A DNA stretch of 64,000 nt from Gemmatimonadales bacterium (GTDB taxonomy: Bacteria; Gemmatimonadota; Gemmatimonadetes; Gemmatimonadales; GWC2-71-9): contig DATBKD010000046.1 in assembly GCA_036556025.1 (NCBI GenBank), positions 4,718 to 68,717 on the forward strand. Direction: 5' to 3'. Each line of letters begins with the position of its first letter. Positions within the stretch are counted from its first letter, which is position 1. Below, piece by piece: positions 1 to 9,167 of this stretch. Position numbers and translations under genes: made by a program. Under the pieces are notes generated by a model, which was given only the letters and a program-made list of their open reading frames with translations, was not told the origin of the DNA and did no database searches.

Positions 1-47
1 TTCACGTGTCACTCTTCACGCTTTTGCAGTTCACGGTTCACGGTCCT
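1..47. repeat. Degenerate tandem heptamers of the GTTCACG family, probably one arm of an array cut by the window edge
   Basis: Read directly with 7-nt periodicity: ttcacgt gtcactc ttcacgc ttttgca gttcacg gttcacg. Same unit family as the right arms at 30811-30838 and 48061-48080. Overlaps the stop codon (38-40) of the minus-strand gene. Confidence 0.5.
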
Positions 48-589
48 TCCCGCCCCATCTTCTTCTTCAGGTACGCCAGTTGGGCCTCGATGGCATTTTG
101 CAGCCGTTGCTGGTCTACGTCTCGCTCGAGCTGATCGTCCCGATTCGGGCGAGCTCCGCCGGCCGATTCGAGATCGCGCCAGGCAGCTTCCACCGAATCG
201 GAGGTGCGGCCTGACGCGGCCGCGCGATATTGGGTGGACATCTCCTCGATCTCGCGCTGAGCCAGAGCAAGCTCTTCGTGCTGCACGGCGATCTTGCGAG
301 TCAGGACTTCAACCCTCGAGCGATGCCGCTCGGCATAGCGCTCGGCCAGTGCCACCGTCTCTGCATCGGGTACGGCGGCTGCCAGTCGCCCCCGGCGCTC
401 GGCGTCTTCCAGCATCTTCCGCTCGGTCGCGAGCTCCCGCTCCGACGCGGACAGCGACTCCTGCATGGTCGTCAGGCCTACCTTGGCCTCGAGGAGCGCT
501 TCCCGGAGCCCAGCCGCATAGCCTCGGGGATCGGAGGACGTGTGGTCGCGCAGGAGCTTGTCCAGCCGGGCCTTCAGCCCGTCGAACAC
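38..589 (-). CDS. Coiled-coil protein of unknown function (possibly PspA/IM30-like)
   Basis: 183-aa ORF with G/C-rich third positions. Charged heptad-like sequence throughout. The N-terminus MFDGLKARLDKLL resembles PspA-type starts, but no motif allows a firm family call. Confidence 0.55.
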   Translation of the reverse strand: MFDGLKARLDKLLRDHTSSDPRGYAAGLREALLEAKVGLTTMQESLSASERELATERKMLEDAERRGRLAAAVPDAETVALAERYAERHRSRVEVLTRKIAVQHEELALAQREIEEMSTQYRAAASGRTSDSVEAAWRDLESAGGARPNRDDQLERDVDQQRLQNAIEAQLAYLKKKMGREGP

Positions 590-812
590 GGCGGCCGTCT
601 TCCTGTCATGGCTGACACCTCTGGGGAAACGACGCTCGGGGGAGCGTCGGATGGCCCCCCATTGGGAGGCCGATGCTCAAGCGAATTCCAATGTTAGGAG
701 CGCGAGGAGGGAGGGTCAAGCGAACTGGCCGCCGGGCGCGCTCCCGCTCTTCCCACCGCTCTCCAGTATCACTACAGTACCTGAACCTTGGTCCCAATAC
801 CCCCGGGAGACG

Positions 813-1289
813 ATGCCCCCATCCACATGCAGCATGTGCGCCGAGATCGCGGGACGCATCATTGCTCCTGGAGGTGTTATTCATGAAGACGAGTTCTGGA
901 TCGTCAGCCACCACACCGGCCCGTTCACTGACCCGGGGGAGCTGATGGTGAAGGCCCGGCGACACAGCGAATCCGTCGCCGAGCTGACCCCCTCCGAAGC
1001 CGCCGCACTGGGCCCGGTGCTGCGCGCCGCGGTGACGGCCATCGAGCATGTCGTCCGCCCGGAGCGGGTGTACGTGGCGAGCTACGGCGAGCGGCAACGC
1101 CACCTCCATTTCTTCCTGCTCCCCCGCACCGCCAACCTTCCCGCCGGCCATATCGTGTCCGACGTGTACCGTCGCGCCCGCACCGTATTGCGCCGCTGGG
1201 GACTGGCGCAGAATCCGGCCGCTGAGGCTCGGGCTCAGGTTGCGGGCCGCATCCGGGAAGATCCCGCATGGAAGATGTTGAACACCTGA
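813..1289 (+). CDS. HIT (histidine triad) family protein
   Basis: In-frame ATG at 813 inside track ORF 540..1289. The upstream part is Arg/Pro/Ser-rich and non-protein-like. Motifs: CSMCAEI (the Cys motif at HIT N-termini) and RHLHFFLLPR (degenerate HxHxHxx triad). Confidence 0.75.
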   Translation: MPPSTCSMCAEIAGRIIAPGGVIHEDEFWIVSHHTGPFTDPGELMVKARRHSESVAELTPSEAAALGPVLRAAVTAIEHVVRPERVYVASYGERQRHLHFFLLPRTANLPAGHIVSDVYRRARTVLRRWGLAQNPAAEARAQVAGRIREDPAWKMLNT

Positions 1290-2308
1290 TCGTGGGTGCC
1301 GGCCCGGCCGGTCTTCGCGCCGCCCAGGTGCTGGCCGAGGCTGGGCGGGAAGTGCTGGTGTTGGAGAAGCGACCCGACATCGGCCCCAAGACCTGCGCGG
1401 GTGGGCTCACCCTCAAGACCATGAACCGGTTGGAGCGGCTCGGGCTTCCTCGAGACGTGCCCCTCCGCAGCGTGGGCCATGTCGCCTTCACCGGACACCG
1501 AGCGGTGGCGCTGGATCAGAAGCTCACCGTGGTCTATACCCTGCCCCGCCGACAACTGGGCCAGTACCAGCTCACCTGGTGCCGCAACGCGGGGGCGGAG
1601 GTCTGCGCCGGCGTCGCGGTGCGCGAGATCGACGTCGCCGGTCGGACGGTGGGCTGTGATGGGCGACGGATCCGTTGGCATCACCTCATCGGCGCCGATG
1701 GAGCCGACTCCGGAGTCCGGCGCGCGCTAGGCTTGCCTTCGCCCCGCGAGTACTTCGCGGCGGAATACAACATCCCCGCGATGCGGCTCGAGCCCTTGCG
1801 AGTCGAGTGTGATCCTGGTGCCTTGAGGAACGGGTACTTCTGGGTCTTCCCTCACACCGCGTATACCTCGATCGGCGCGGTTGCCCCCAAACACCTTGTC
1901 CCACCATCCACGCTTCGGCGTTACCTGGACGGCCGGCTAGCGGCACTCGGCGTCTCTTCCGCCGGGGCACCCTTCGAAGGTGCCACCCTGGAGGTGGAGT
2001 TCCGCGGGTTTCATTTCCCCGGCCAGGTTCACCTGGCAGGCGACGCTGCTGGTGTGCCCTCCTCACTGACCGCCGAGGGGATCTATGCCGCCCTCATCAC
2101 AGGCGAAGACGTGGCGCGAAGCATCCTTGAACCTTCCTACCCGACCACCGACACGAGCAGCTGGCTGCGGGCGAAGCGGAGGCATGATCGGCTGGCGCGC
2201 TTCATGTCCTCGCGGATGGGCCGAGCGATGGCGTTTCCGATCCTGGCGGGGCTGGCCTGGCTCCCCCCGGTCCGACGTCCAATGGCGGAGTGGTTCCTGG
2301 GCGGTTGA
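1268..2308 (+). CDS. FAD-dependent oxidoreductase, geranylgeranyl reductase family
   Basis: N-terminal Rossmann motif LIVGAGPAGLRAAQVLAEAGREVLVLEK. 346 aa. A GD(A/S)AG-like region (LAGDAAGV) is typical of this flavoprotein family. Confidence 0.8.
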   Translation: MEDVEHLIVGAGPAGLRAAQVLAEAGREVLVLEKRPDIGPKTCAGGLTLKTMNRLERLGLPRDVPLRSVGHVAFTGHRAVALDQKLTVVYTLPRRQLGQYQLTWCRNAGAEVCAGVAVREIDVAGRTVGCDGRRIRWHHLIGADGADSGVRRALGLPSPREYFAAEYNIPAMRLEPLRVECDPGALRNGYFWVFPHTAYTSIGAVAPKHLVPPSTLRRYLDGRLAALGVSSAGAPFEGATLEVEFRGFHFPGQVHLAGDAAGVPSSLTAEGIYAALITGEDVARSILEPSYPTTDTSSWLRAKRRHDRLARFMSSRMGRAMAFPILAGLAWLPPVRRPMAEWFLGG

Positions 2309-2314
2309 CCATCC

Positions 2315-2941
2315 ATGGATCTGAAGTCTCGGTTTGAAGGCCTATGGGACCGCCTGGATGCCGCCGGCGATGGTAACGCGGCGTTCTCTCGCCTGATGGC
2401 GGCCTACGCCGAACCACATCGCGCGTACCATACCGCTGCTCACATCGCCGATTGCCTGACTCAGTTGGACGACTCGCCCGGAGGAGCTCCCCAGCAGACC
2501 CTGGTGGAAGGCGCCATCTGGTTTCACGATGTGGTGTACGACCCCCGTGCCCAGGATAACGAGGCAAGGAGCGCCGCGTGGGCCACGGAGGTGCTGTCCG
2601 GCGCCGGAGTCTCCTTGTCTAACGTTGACGCGATCCGCCGGCTGATCCTCCTCACACGGCACACCGAGCCTGCCCGAGACCCCGCCGGCCAGCTGTTGTG
2701 CGACATCGATCTCTCGATACTCGGGAGGTCGTCTGAGGAGTTTGACGAGTTCGAGCGTCGGATACGCGTCGAATACGGCTGGGTGCCGGAGCCGGAGTAC
2801 CGAGCCGCCCGCGCACTGGTTCTGCGCCGCCTCTTGGGCTGGGATCCTCTGTTTCAGACCGAGCACTTTCGCCATCGCTACGAAGCGGCGGCACGTAACA
2901 ATCTGACGCGCATGCTGGATCGGCTCGACCGCCCGGGCTAG
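2315..2941 (+). CDS. Uncharacterised HD-superfamily-like phosphohydrolase family protein
   Basis: 208 aa. AYAEPHRAYHTAAHI and WFHDVVYD motifs match a widespread uncharacterised His/Asp metal-site family. Family recalled from memory. Confidence 0.6.
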   Translation: MDLKSRFEGLWDRLDAAGDGNAAFSRLMAAYAEPHRAYHTAAHIADCLTQLDDSPGGAPQQTLVEGAIWFHDVVYDPRAQDNEARSAAWATEVLSGAGVSLSNVDAIRRLILLTRHTEPARDPAGQLLCDIDLSILGRSSEEFDEFERRIRVEYGWVPEPEYRAARALVLRRLLGWDPLFQTEHFRHRYEAAARNNLTRMLDRLDRPG

Positions 2942-3118
2942 CCGGGAGACGAGCGTGATCTGGATCACTTCGTGTCCTGCTGAGGGCGGCTTACGTTCGC
3001 GGACTCTGGAGGTGGTTCCGGGTGAGGGAGGGGACATCCACAACGTGGGGTGGCAGGGGTTGCCGGGCCAAACCGCCCGTTGCATCGCCGGGCCGTCCCC
3101 CCGCGAAAGGTATGAGAC

Positions 3119-3430
3119 ATGATGCGCACGCCATGGATCCTAGGAACGATGACTGCCGTCGCCCTCGCCGCGTGTGGCGGTGGCCGTCAGAGCACGCCGG
3201 GAACGCCCGAGACCGGGGCGGCCGGCGCTCCGGCAGACACCACAGGTATGGCGCCGGCACCCGCACCAACCGACACCTCGGCGGCGGGCGCGGCCGGAAT
3301 GTCGGATACGTCCATGAAGTCGACTGCGACGGACACCGGCTTGAAGCCCGACACCGGCAAGGGCAAGCACAAGAAGACCGGTTACGACACGACCTCGAAG
3401 ATGGGTACCACCAAGGACAGCGCGAAGTAA
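3119..3430 (+). CDS. Small lipoprotein, low-complexity Ala/Pro/Thr/Gly-rich
   Basis: Signal peptide with lipobox (AVALAAC-GGG), followed by a low-complexity exported tail. Confidence 0.6.
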   Translation: MMRTPWILGTMTAVALAACGGGRQSTPGTPETGAAGAPADTTGMAPAPAPTDTSAAGAAGMSDTSMKSTATDTGLKPDTGKGKHKKTGYDTTSKMGTTKDSAK

Positions 3431-3445
3431 CTCAATGGGGGTGGC

Positions 3446-4111
3446 TCAGACGGCCAGGTGCTGTGTGAACCACTCCCTGGCCAGCCGGGCCACTATCTCG
3501 AGTGCGCCCGGCTCCTCGAACAGATGGCTGGCCCCGGGGACGATTTCGAGGCGGGTTGGTGCGGTCATGCTTCGCATCGCCGCCTCGTTGAGTTCCTCTA
3601 TCACGGGATCGAACCCTCCCACGATCAGCAGCGTGGGTGACCGCACTCGCCCCAAAGCCTCTTCGGCCAGATCCGGCCTTCCCCCTCGAGATACCACAGC
3701 GGCGATCCGATCCGGTCGTTGGGCGGCTGCCACCAGCGCCGCGGCGCCGCCTGTGCTCGCACCGAAGTAGCCAGCCGGCAGGCCTCGTGTTCCCGGCTGG
3801 ACGGTGACCCAGTCGGTCGCGGCTGTCAGGCGTTGGGCCAGCAACGGGATATCGAAGCGGAGATGTCCGCTGAGAGCATCCAGCGATTCCTCCGGCACCG
3901 TCAACAGGTCCATGAGGAGGGTGGCGAAGCCGGCCGCTTGAAGTTCCTCTGCGACGAAGCGGTTGCGAGGGCTGTGGCGGGAACTTCCACTGCCGTGGGC
4001 AAAGATCACCACGCCATCCGCTGAGGCTGGTATGGCCAGATCCCCGCCGAGAAGGACATCACCGGCAGGGATGCCTACCGGGAAAGACCGGGCCGTGAGC
4101 GAGCGCATCAC
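3446..4111 (-). CDS. Alpha/beta hydrolase, dienelactone hydrolase family
   Basis: 221 aa. VVIFAHGSGSSRHSPRN region and overall alpha/beta-hydrolase layout. Its start overlaps the stop of the upstream phosphoribosyltransferase gene. Confidence 0.8.
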   Translation of the reverse strand: MMRSLTARSFPVGIPAGDVLLGGDLAIPASADGVVIFAHGSGSSRHSPRNRFVAEELQAAGFATLLMDLLTVPEESLDALSGHLRFDIPLLAQRLTAATDWVTVQPGTRGLPAGYFGASTGGAAALVAAAQRPDRIAAVVSRGGRPDLAEEALGRVRSPTLLIVGGFDPVIEELNEAAMRSMTAPTRLEIVPGASHLFEEPGALEIVARLAREWFTQHLAV

Positions 4112-4770
4112 ACTTCCACTTGTTCCTCCGCGGCGCGCTGAAGCAAAGTACGGACTTCCTCGTCACTGGTTTGAGCAAAATCGTCGTACCAAGCCCCCAC
4201 GGCCACGAATGGCTCAGGAGAGAGCGCGCAGATCACATCATCCGCCTCCGCGCGCAGCATCTGACAGGTTTCCACAGGAGCTACCGGTACCGCGACGACC
4301 AGCCACTTCGGCCCCTGAGTGCGAAGCGCGGCGGCGGCGGCTCGCATCGTGGCGCCGGTCGCGAGCCCGTCATCTACCAGAATCACCACCCGCCCGCCGA
4401 CGTTGGGCTGTGCTTTCGCGTCTCGATAGAGCCGCTCGCGCCGCTCCAGCTCCTTTTCTTCGACCGCGGCGACCGCCGCGATCACCCGGTCCGGGATCCC
4501 CAGCATCGCGACCACATCTTCGCTCAGAATCCGAACTCCTCCCGACGCGATGGCACCCATCGCCAGCTCCTCGTGCCCCGGCACCCCCAATTTCCGCACC
4601 AGGATCAGATCCAGCGGTGCGTGCAGCGCCCGGGCGACCTCGTAGCCGACCGGAACGCCCCCTCGAGGAAGCGCCAGCACCAGCAGGTTGGAGTTTCCGG
4701 CGTAGGCCTTCAGCGCCTCGGCCAAGCGGCGCCCGGCCTCAACCCGATCGTGGAACCGCATCTGGGACAT
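4108..4770 (-). CDS. Phosphoribosyltransferase family protein
   Basis: PRPP-binding loop VVILVDDGLATGATM. Start moved from 4872 to the ATG at 4770, which is preceded by AAGGTAGGA. The upstream 34 codons are not protein-like. Confidence 0.8.
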   Translation of the reverse strand: MSQMRFHDRVEAGRRLAEALKAYAGNSNLLVLALPRGGVPVGYEVARALHAPLDLILVRKLGVPGHEELAMGAIASGGVRILSEDVVAMLGIPDRVIAAVAAVEEKELERRERLYRDAKAQPNVGGRVVILVDDGLATGATMRAAAAALRTQGPKWLVVAVPVAPVETCQMLRAEADDVICALSPEPFVAVGAWYDDFAQTSDEEVRTLLQRAAEEQVEV

Positions 4771-4892
4771 CCCGACTGATCCTACCTTTACCTTCGAGTT
4801 CCTGGTTGACCGCGGACAACGCCCACGAAAACTATCCCATTGCGCGTCTGCCCTCGATGTGACCTTGCTCACGCGGTGGTTATCGTTCCTCG

Positions 4893-5189
4893 ATGATAAT
4901 GTACGAGGTTACGCTCCAGGTGGACTCGCCGCTCACCGAGCAAGTCATCGCCTATATGCGGGATAAACACATCCCGGCGATCCATCAGACCGGGTGCTTT
5001 CAGCGAATCAGCTTTCAACGAGCATCGTCCACCCGCTTCCGCGCAGTCTATCATGCCGCGTCGCTGACCGAGCTCGAGCGCTACCTGACGGTTCACGCCG
5101 AAGCGTTTCGCACCGACTTCCGGGAGCACTTTCCATCCGGGCTGACCATCAGCCGGGAGACCTGGGTGGAGGACAGGAGCTGGGAGTGA
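4893..5189 (+). CDS. DUF4286 family protein
   Basis: 98 aa. MIMYEVTLQVD...EQVIAYMRDKHIPAIHQTGCF matches my recollection of the DUF4286 N-terminal pattern (ferredoxin-like small protein). Confidence 0.7.
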   Translation: MIMYEVTLQVDSPLTEQVIAYMRDKHIPAIHQTGCFQRISFQRASSTRFRAVYHAASLTELERYLTVHAEAFRTDFREHFPSGLTISRETWVEDRSWE

Positions 5190-5231
5190 GGCCGATGGCC
5201 GGGGCCAGGCCGTCGCAGTATCATTCTCTCG

Positions 5232-5717
5232 ATGCTCCGACCGCGCCTCGTGCTCTTCGCGCTCCTGCTCGCCGCCGCATGCGAAAAAGGTGGCGGTGGA
5301 CGAGCCGCTTGTGGGCTGGCCGCGCTCGCCGGACCGACGGCCCTCCTCACCCAGTTCAGTGTTCCCAACCAGACACTCGCTCAAGCACCCCGACACTTGC
5401 CGGAGCGGCTCGTCGCTCGAGTGGTGGCCGGCCCCGCCTACCCGGCCGTGGTCGGACGCTCGGATTCGCTCTTGTTGATCGGAGTGGAGGGCACTCTCCC
5501 GGCGGGGGCAAAGCCCGGGTACGGAGTGCTGGTCATCGACCAAAAGGAGAAAGCCCGCGGAGTCGTGGTATACGAGGGTCTTCCAGTCGAGGGAGCGCCG
5601 CAACTCGGGAAGGTCGCTATTCAATCCTCTACCGTACCGCTCATCGGCATTCAACTGGATCCCAGCAGGATTGAGGACTCCCGCTGCCCTATGTTCCCCG
5701 ACTCGGTCATACCGTGA
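5232..5717 (+). CDS. Lipoprotein of unknown function
   Basis: Signal peptide with lipobox LLLAAAC-EKGGGG. G/C-rich third positions. Its stop overlaps the GTG start of the next gene (GTGA). Confidence 0.6.
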   Translation: MLRPRLVLFALLLAAACEKGGGGRAACGLAALAGPTALLTQFSVPNQTLAQAPRHLPERLVARVVAGPAYPAVVGRSDSLLLIGVEGTLPAGAKPGYGVLVIDQKEKARGVVVYEGLPVEGAPQLGKVAIQSSTVPLIGIQLDPSRIEDSRCPMFPDSVIP

Positions 5718-6628
5718 GCCCGCCTCGAATCGGGATCAGTGGAGTGCTGCGAGAATGGGACGGAGCCTCACGCACGGGTGTGAATTCGGCGTACGTGCGC
5801 TCGGTCGCTGCGGCCGGCGGCGTACCTCTGATTCTGTCGCCGCTGATGGGTCCCTCAGTGGCCGCCAGGGCGTTGGCCGGGATAGACGGATTACTGCTCA
5901 CCGGTGGAGAGGACATGGACCCGGCCTGGTACGGAGCCGAGCCCTCTCCCCGGCTCTCGCCGCCGAGCCGGGAGCGGGACGTCTTCGAGCTGGCGCTGTT
6001 CGCGATGGCGCGGCAGATGGAGCTGCCGATCCTCGGCATCTGTCGCGGGATCCAATTGGTGAACGTGGCCCTGGGCGGTTCGCTGTATCAGGACCTCCCT
6101 AGCGAGCGTCCCGGAGTAGTGGATCACAACGCTCCCGGGGATCGATCCGCGCGCTCGCACGCCGTGCGGCTCAGCCAAGGAAGCCGCGTGGCCGAGGCGC
6201 TTGGCACCACGGAGCTCAAGGTGAACTCCTTCCATCATCAAGGGGTCCTGGAGCTGGCTCCGGGTCTGGTGGCGACAGGGTGGAGTGATGACGGGTTGAT
6301 CGAGGCGGCGGAGGGAACGGGAGACAGCCCCTGGCTACTTGCCGTCCAGTGGCACCCGGAAGAGATGTACGCCGAGGACCGAGCCCCGGACCGTGGGTTG
6401 TTCAGGTCGTTGATCGAACAGGCGGGCAAGGAGCTAGTGCGAGCCGAACTCCCGCAGTCCGCGGTCGGGATGGTGCCCCCCGGGGAACAGTACCCGGTCG
6501 CTGACCCCGTTGAGCGCTCCGCGAAGGGCAGCGTACCGCTCCGCCGCAGTCCGGAGCACCGCGGCCAGCCCGTACTCGATGGCCAGGGCATGGTCGGAGG
6601 CCAGCTCAAACCCCCGCCGCCCGAGTGA
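5714..6628 (+). CDS. Class I glutamine amidotransferase, peptidase C26 / gamma-glutamyl-GABA hydrolase (PuuD-like) family
   Basis: Cys nucleophile motif GICRGIQLVNVALGG, plus FHHQ and QWHPE His/Glu regions. The last ~65 codons lie beyond the conserved domain and overlap the convergent gene. Confidence 0.8.
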   Translation: MSPPRIGISGVLREWDGASRTGVNSAYVRSVAAAGGVPLILSPLMGPSVAARALAGIDGLLLTGGEDMDPAWYGAEPSPRLSPPSRERDVFELALFAMARQMELPILGICRGIQLVNVALGGSLYQDLPSERPGVVDHNAPGDRSARSHAVRLSQGSRVAEALGTTELKVNSFHHQGVLELAPGLVATGWSDDGLIEAAEGTGDSPWLLAVQWHPEEMYAEDRAPDRGLFRSLIEQAGKELVRAELPQSAVGMVPPGEQYPVADPVERSAKGSVPLRRSPEHRGQPVLDGQGMVGGQLKPPPPE

Positions 6629-7144
6629 GTCGTAGTAGGTCACGTCCGGTCCCGCTTTGCGCAGGTGGCGCGCCGCGATATAATCGGGAAAGAGCCCGGC
6701 CAGCCAGAGAGCGTAGTTGCCCAGGTGCAGCATGACCTTGAAGCGGCGTTCGCCACCCGTCGCCTCCAGGTCGGCCAGGATGTCTACCATGTACCGGTGG
6801 CACTGATCGTCGTGCCAGTCTATTCGCCAGGCGCGGTCGCGCTGTCCGAAATCGAGGAGCAACGCCGCCAGGTAGTCCGCCAGGTCCCGATCCTCGATGC
6901 CGGCGCCACGGAGAGCATGTCGAACCAATACGTAAAAGAACAGCGCCTCGGAGGGCACCAGCATGGTCCGGACCGTAAGGAGGCGTTCCAGCAGATCCGG
7001 CGTGTCCAACAGCGGGTCGGGGCCCTCAGTCATCAGCCGCCGTTCCAGGTAGGCCCGCCGGTGAGCGGAGCCGCGGCTCAAGAGCAACATCACCAGTTGC
7101 AGGTCCGCCGACGTCAGACGGCCGCGGGTATTCGCCCGAATCAT
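6434..7144 (-). CDS. Hypothetical protein
   Basis: 236-aa ORF with consistently G/C-rich third positions through to its stop and a protein-like composition. No motif recognised. Confidence 0.55.
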   Translation of the reverse strand: MIRANTRGRLTSADLQLVMLLLSRGSAHRRAYLERRLMTEGPDPLLDTPDLLERLLTVRTMLVPSEALFFYVLVRHALRGAGIEDRDLADYLAALLLDFGQRDRAWRIDWHDDQCHRYMVDILADLEATGGERRFKVMLHLGNYALWLAGLFPDYIAARHLRKAGPDVTYYDSLGRRGFELASDHALAIEYGLAAVLRTAAERYAALRGALNGVSDRVLFPGGHHPDRGLREFGSH

Positions 7145-9167
7145 GACCAGCCCTCCGTTGACTCAACCTCCGTCATCCGCTGACTCCTCCGGCTCACTGG
7201 CACTGCTTCGCCAGGTCACCGCTTTCGGTCAGGAACTGGCCGGCACCCTGCGCCGTGCTTCCGTGGTGGACCTCCTCGTCCGCCGCATTCGAGAGAGCTT
7301 CGCCCCCGCCGAGGTCGCTCTCTCCCTCTTTGATCGTGATGCCGAGACCTTGGACTTCGTGCACGCCTGGCCCGGTGGCCGCCCCGACCGCCGTCCCCTT
7401 CTGGAGCTGGTAAGCCGGCGCGGCGCGATGGTGCTTCCCGATGGTCTCGGCCCGTTGCTTCAGGATGCGGGCCTCTCGTCACACCCCGACGGTGACGGAA
7501 GCTGGATGCTTGCTCCCTTGGTAGCAAAGGTCAGAGTAACCGGAGCAGTGGCGGTTCGCGGTGAGGTAAATCGCTTCGGGCCGCGGGACCTCGCGCTGCT
7601 CGAGGGACTCGTCTCCCAGGCCAGCATCGCACTCGAGAGTGCCCGCCTGGTGGACCTCCACGACGACGGCCGGCGCTCCTGGCAAGAAGTCGTGGACGCG
7701 ATCTCGCCGGCGCTGTGCATCGTCGACCGAGTCGGCCGGATTCGGAGGGCCAACCGGGCCTTCGCCGACCTGGTCAATGCCCCGCCCGCCGGGCTGATCG
7801 GCCGCCCCTGGCAGGCGTTCGTGCCGCCGGAATGGGCCACCGATCTACAGCGGGCCTTGGACCAGCAAGGAGCGGGCCGCGAGGTGGAGCTCCGCACGGG
7901 CGAGCAGACCTATGCAGTTACTGCGGTGCCAATTAGCAGCACTGACCGGTCGGCCGCCGTGCTCCTCTTCGATGATCAAACGGAACGGCGGCGATTGCAA
8001 GACCAGCTCATCCAGTCGGAGAAGATGTCCGCCATCGGCCAGCTGATCGCGGGGATTGCTCACGATTTGAACAACCCTCTGGCGTCCGTGGTGGGGTTCG
8101 CCGACTACCTCACGGAGGTCCCGCACGTGCCTCCTGCCCTGCGGGAGCCGCTGACCGTGATTCAGGAAGAGGCCGAGCGGGCATCCAACATCGTCAAGAA
8201 CCTGCTGAGCTTCGCCCGCAAACAAGATCATCAGCGGCGACCGACGGCGTTGAAGCCCCTGTTGGATGCGACCTTTGTGCTCTTGCGCAATCAGCTAATG
8301 GCGCATCGAGTCGATGCCCGCATCGAGGTCGAACCGGATCTGCCCATGCCGGACATCGATCCCAACCAGATCCAGCAGGTATTCGTGAACCTGATCAACA
8401 ACGCGGCCCAGGCCATCGCTTCCACCGGACGCCCTGGCACCGTCGTGGTCCGCGCCCGCCGCTGGCTCGATGGAGTGGCGGTCGACGTGATCGATGATGG
8501 TCCGGGAATGTCCGAGGCGCTGGCAGCGCAGGTCTTCGAGCCGTTCTTTACCACGAAGCCGGAAGGCGAAGGGACGGGGCTGGGGCTTTCCATCAGTCAG
8601 GGTATCGTCCGAGAGCACGGTGGCCGCATCATGCTGGCCACCGAAGAGGACAAGGGGTCCACCTTCACGGTCCAGCTGCCATTGGCGACCCGGCCACCCG
8701 AGCCACAGCCCGACTCGGACGCGCGTGCTCCCACCAAGCGCCTCCGAGTGCTGGTGGTGGACGACGAGCCCCACATCCTGCACTACATGCGCGCGACCCT
8801 CGAGGCCTGGGGTCACTTGGCCTTCGTCGCCAGCGATGGTGAGGAAGCACTCGCGCTTGCGAGCCGTGAGAGCTACGACCTGGTGATCTCCGACCTGCGA
8901 ATGCCTCGCCTGGGGGGACGGGAGTTCTACGAGGCGCTTGCCCGGCTGCACCCGACCATGGCCGAACGGGTGGTGTTCAGTACCGGGGACACCGTGCGGG
9001 GTGACACTCTCGCCTTCCTCGAAACGCTCGACCGCCCCTACCTTCACAAGCCATTCAGCCTGGCCGAGCTTCGAAGCCTGCTCGCGGAAGTCGCGCGGGA
9101 CAGCGGACCCCATACGCTTCGCCGCGACAGCGGGAGCCGGCCGGTCGAAACGATGTCGGAGGGGTGA
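7143..9167 (+). CDS. Hybrid sensor histidine kinase (GAF-PAS-HisKA-HATPase-receiver)
   Basis: H-box IAGIAHDLNNPL. N/G boxes NLINNAAQA and DDGPGM..GTGLGLSI. C-terminal receiver RVLVVDDEPHIL...DLVISDLRMP. Confidence 0.9.
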   Translation: MTSPPLTQPPSSADSSGSLALLRQVTAFGQELAGTLRRASVVDLLVRRIRESFAPAEVALSLFDRDAETLDFVHAWPGGRPDRRPLLELVSRRGAMVLPDGLGPLLQDAGLSSHPDGDGSWMLAPLVAKVRVTGAVAVRGEVNRFGPRDLALLEGLVSQASIALESARLVDLHDDGRRSWQEVVDAISPALCIVDRVGRIRRANRAFADLVNAPPAGLIGRPWQAFVPPEWATDLQRALDQQGAGREVELRTGEQTYAVTAVPISSTDRSAAVLLFDDQTERRRLQDQLIQSEKMSAIGQLIAGIAHDLNNPLASVVGFADYLTEVPHVPPALREPLTVIQEEAERASNIVKNLLSFARKQDHQRRPTALKPLLDATFVLLRNQLMAHRVDARIEVEPDLPMPDIDPNQIQQVFVNLINNAAQAIASTGRPGTVVVRARRWLDGVAVDVIDDGPGMSEALAAQVFEPFFTTKPEGEGTGLGLSISQGIVREHGGRIMLATEEDKGSTFTVQLPLATRPPEPQPDSDARAPTKRLRVLVVDDEPHILHYMRATLEAWGHLAFVASDGEEALALASRESYDLVISDLRMPRLGGREFYEALARLHPTMAERVVFSTGDTVRGDTLAFLETLDRPYLHKPFSLAELRSLLAEVARDSGPHTLRRDSGSRPVETMSEG

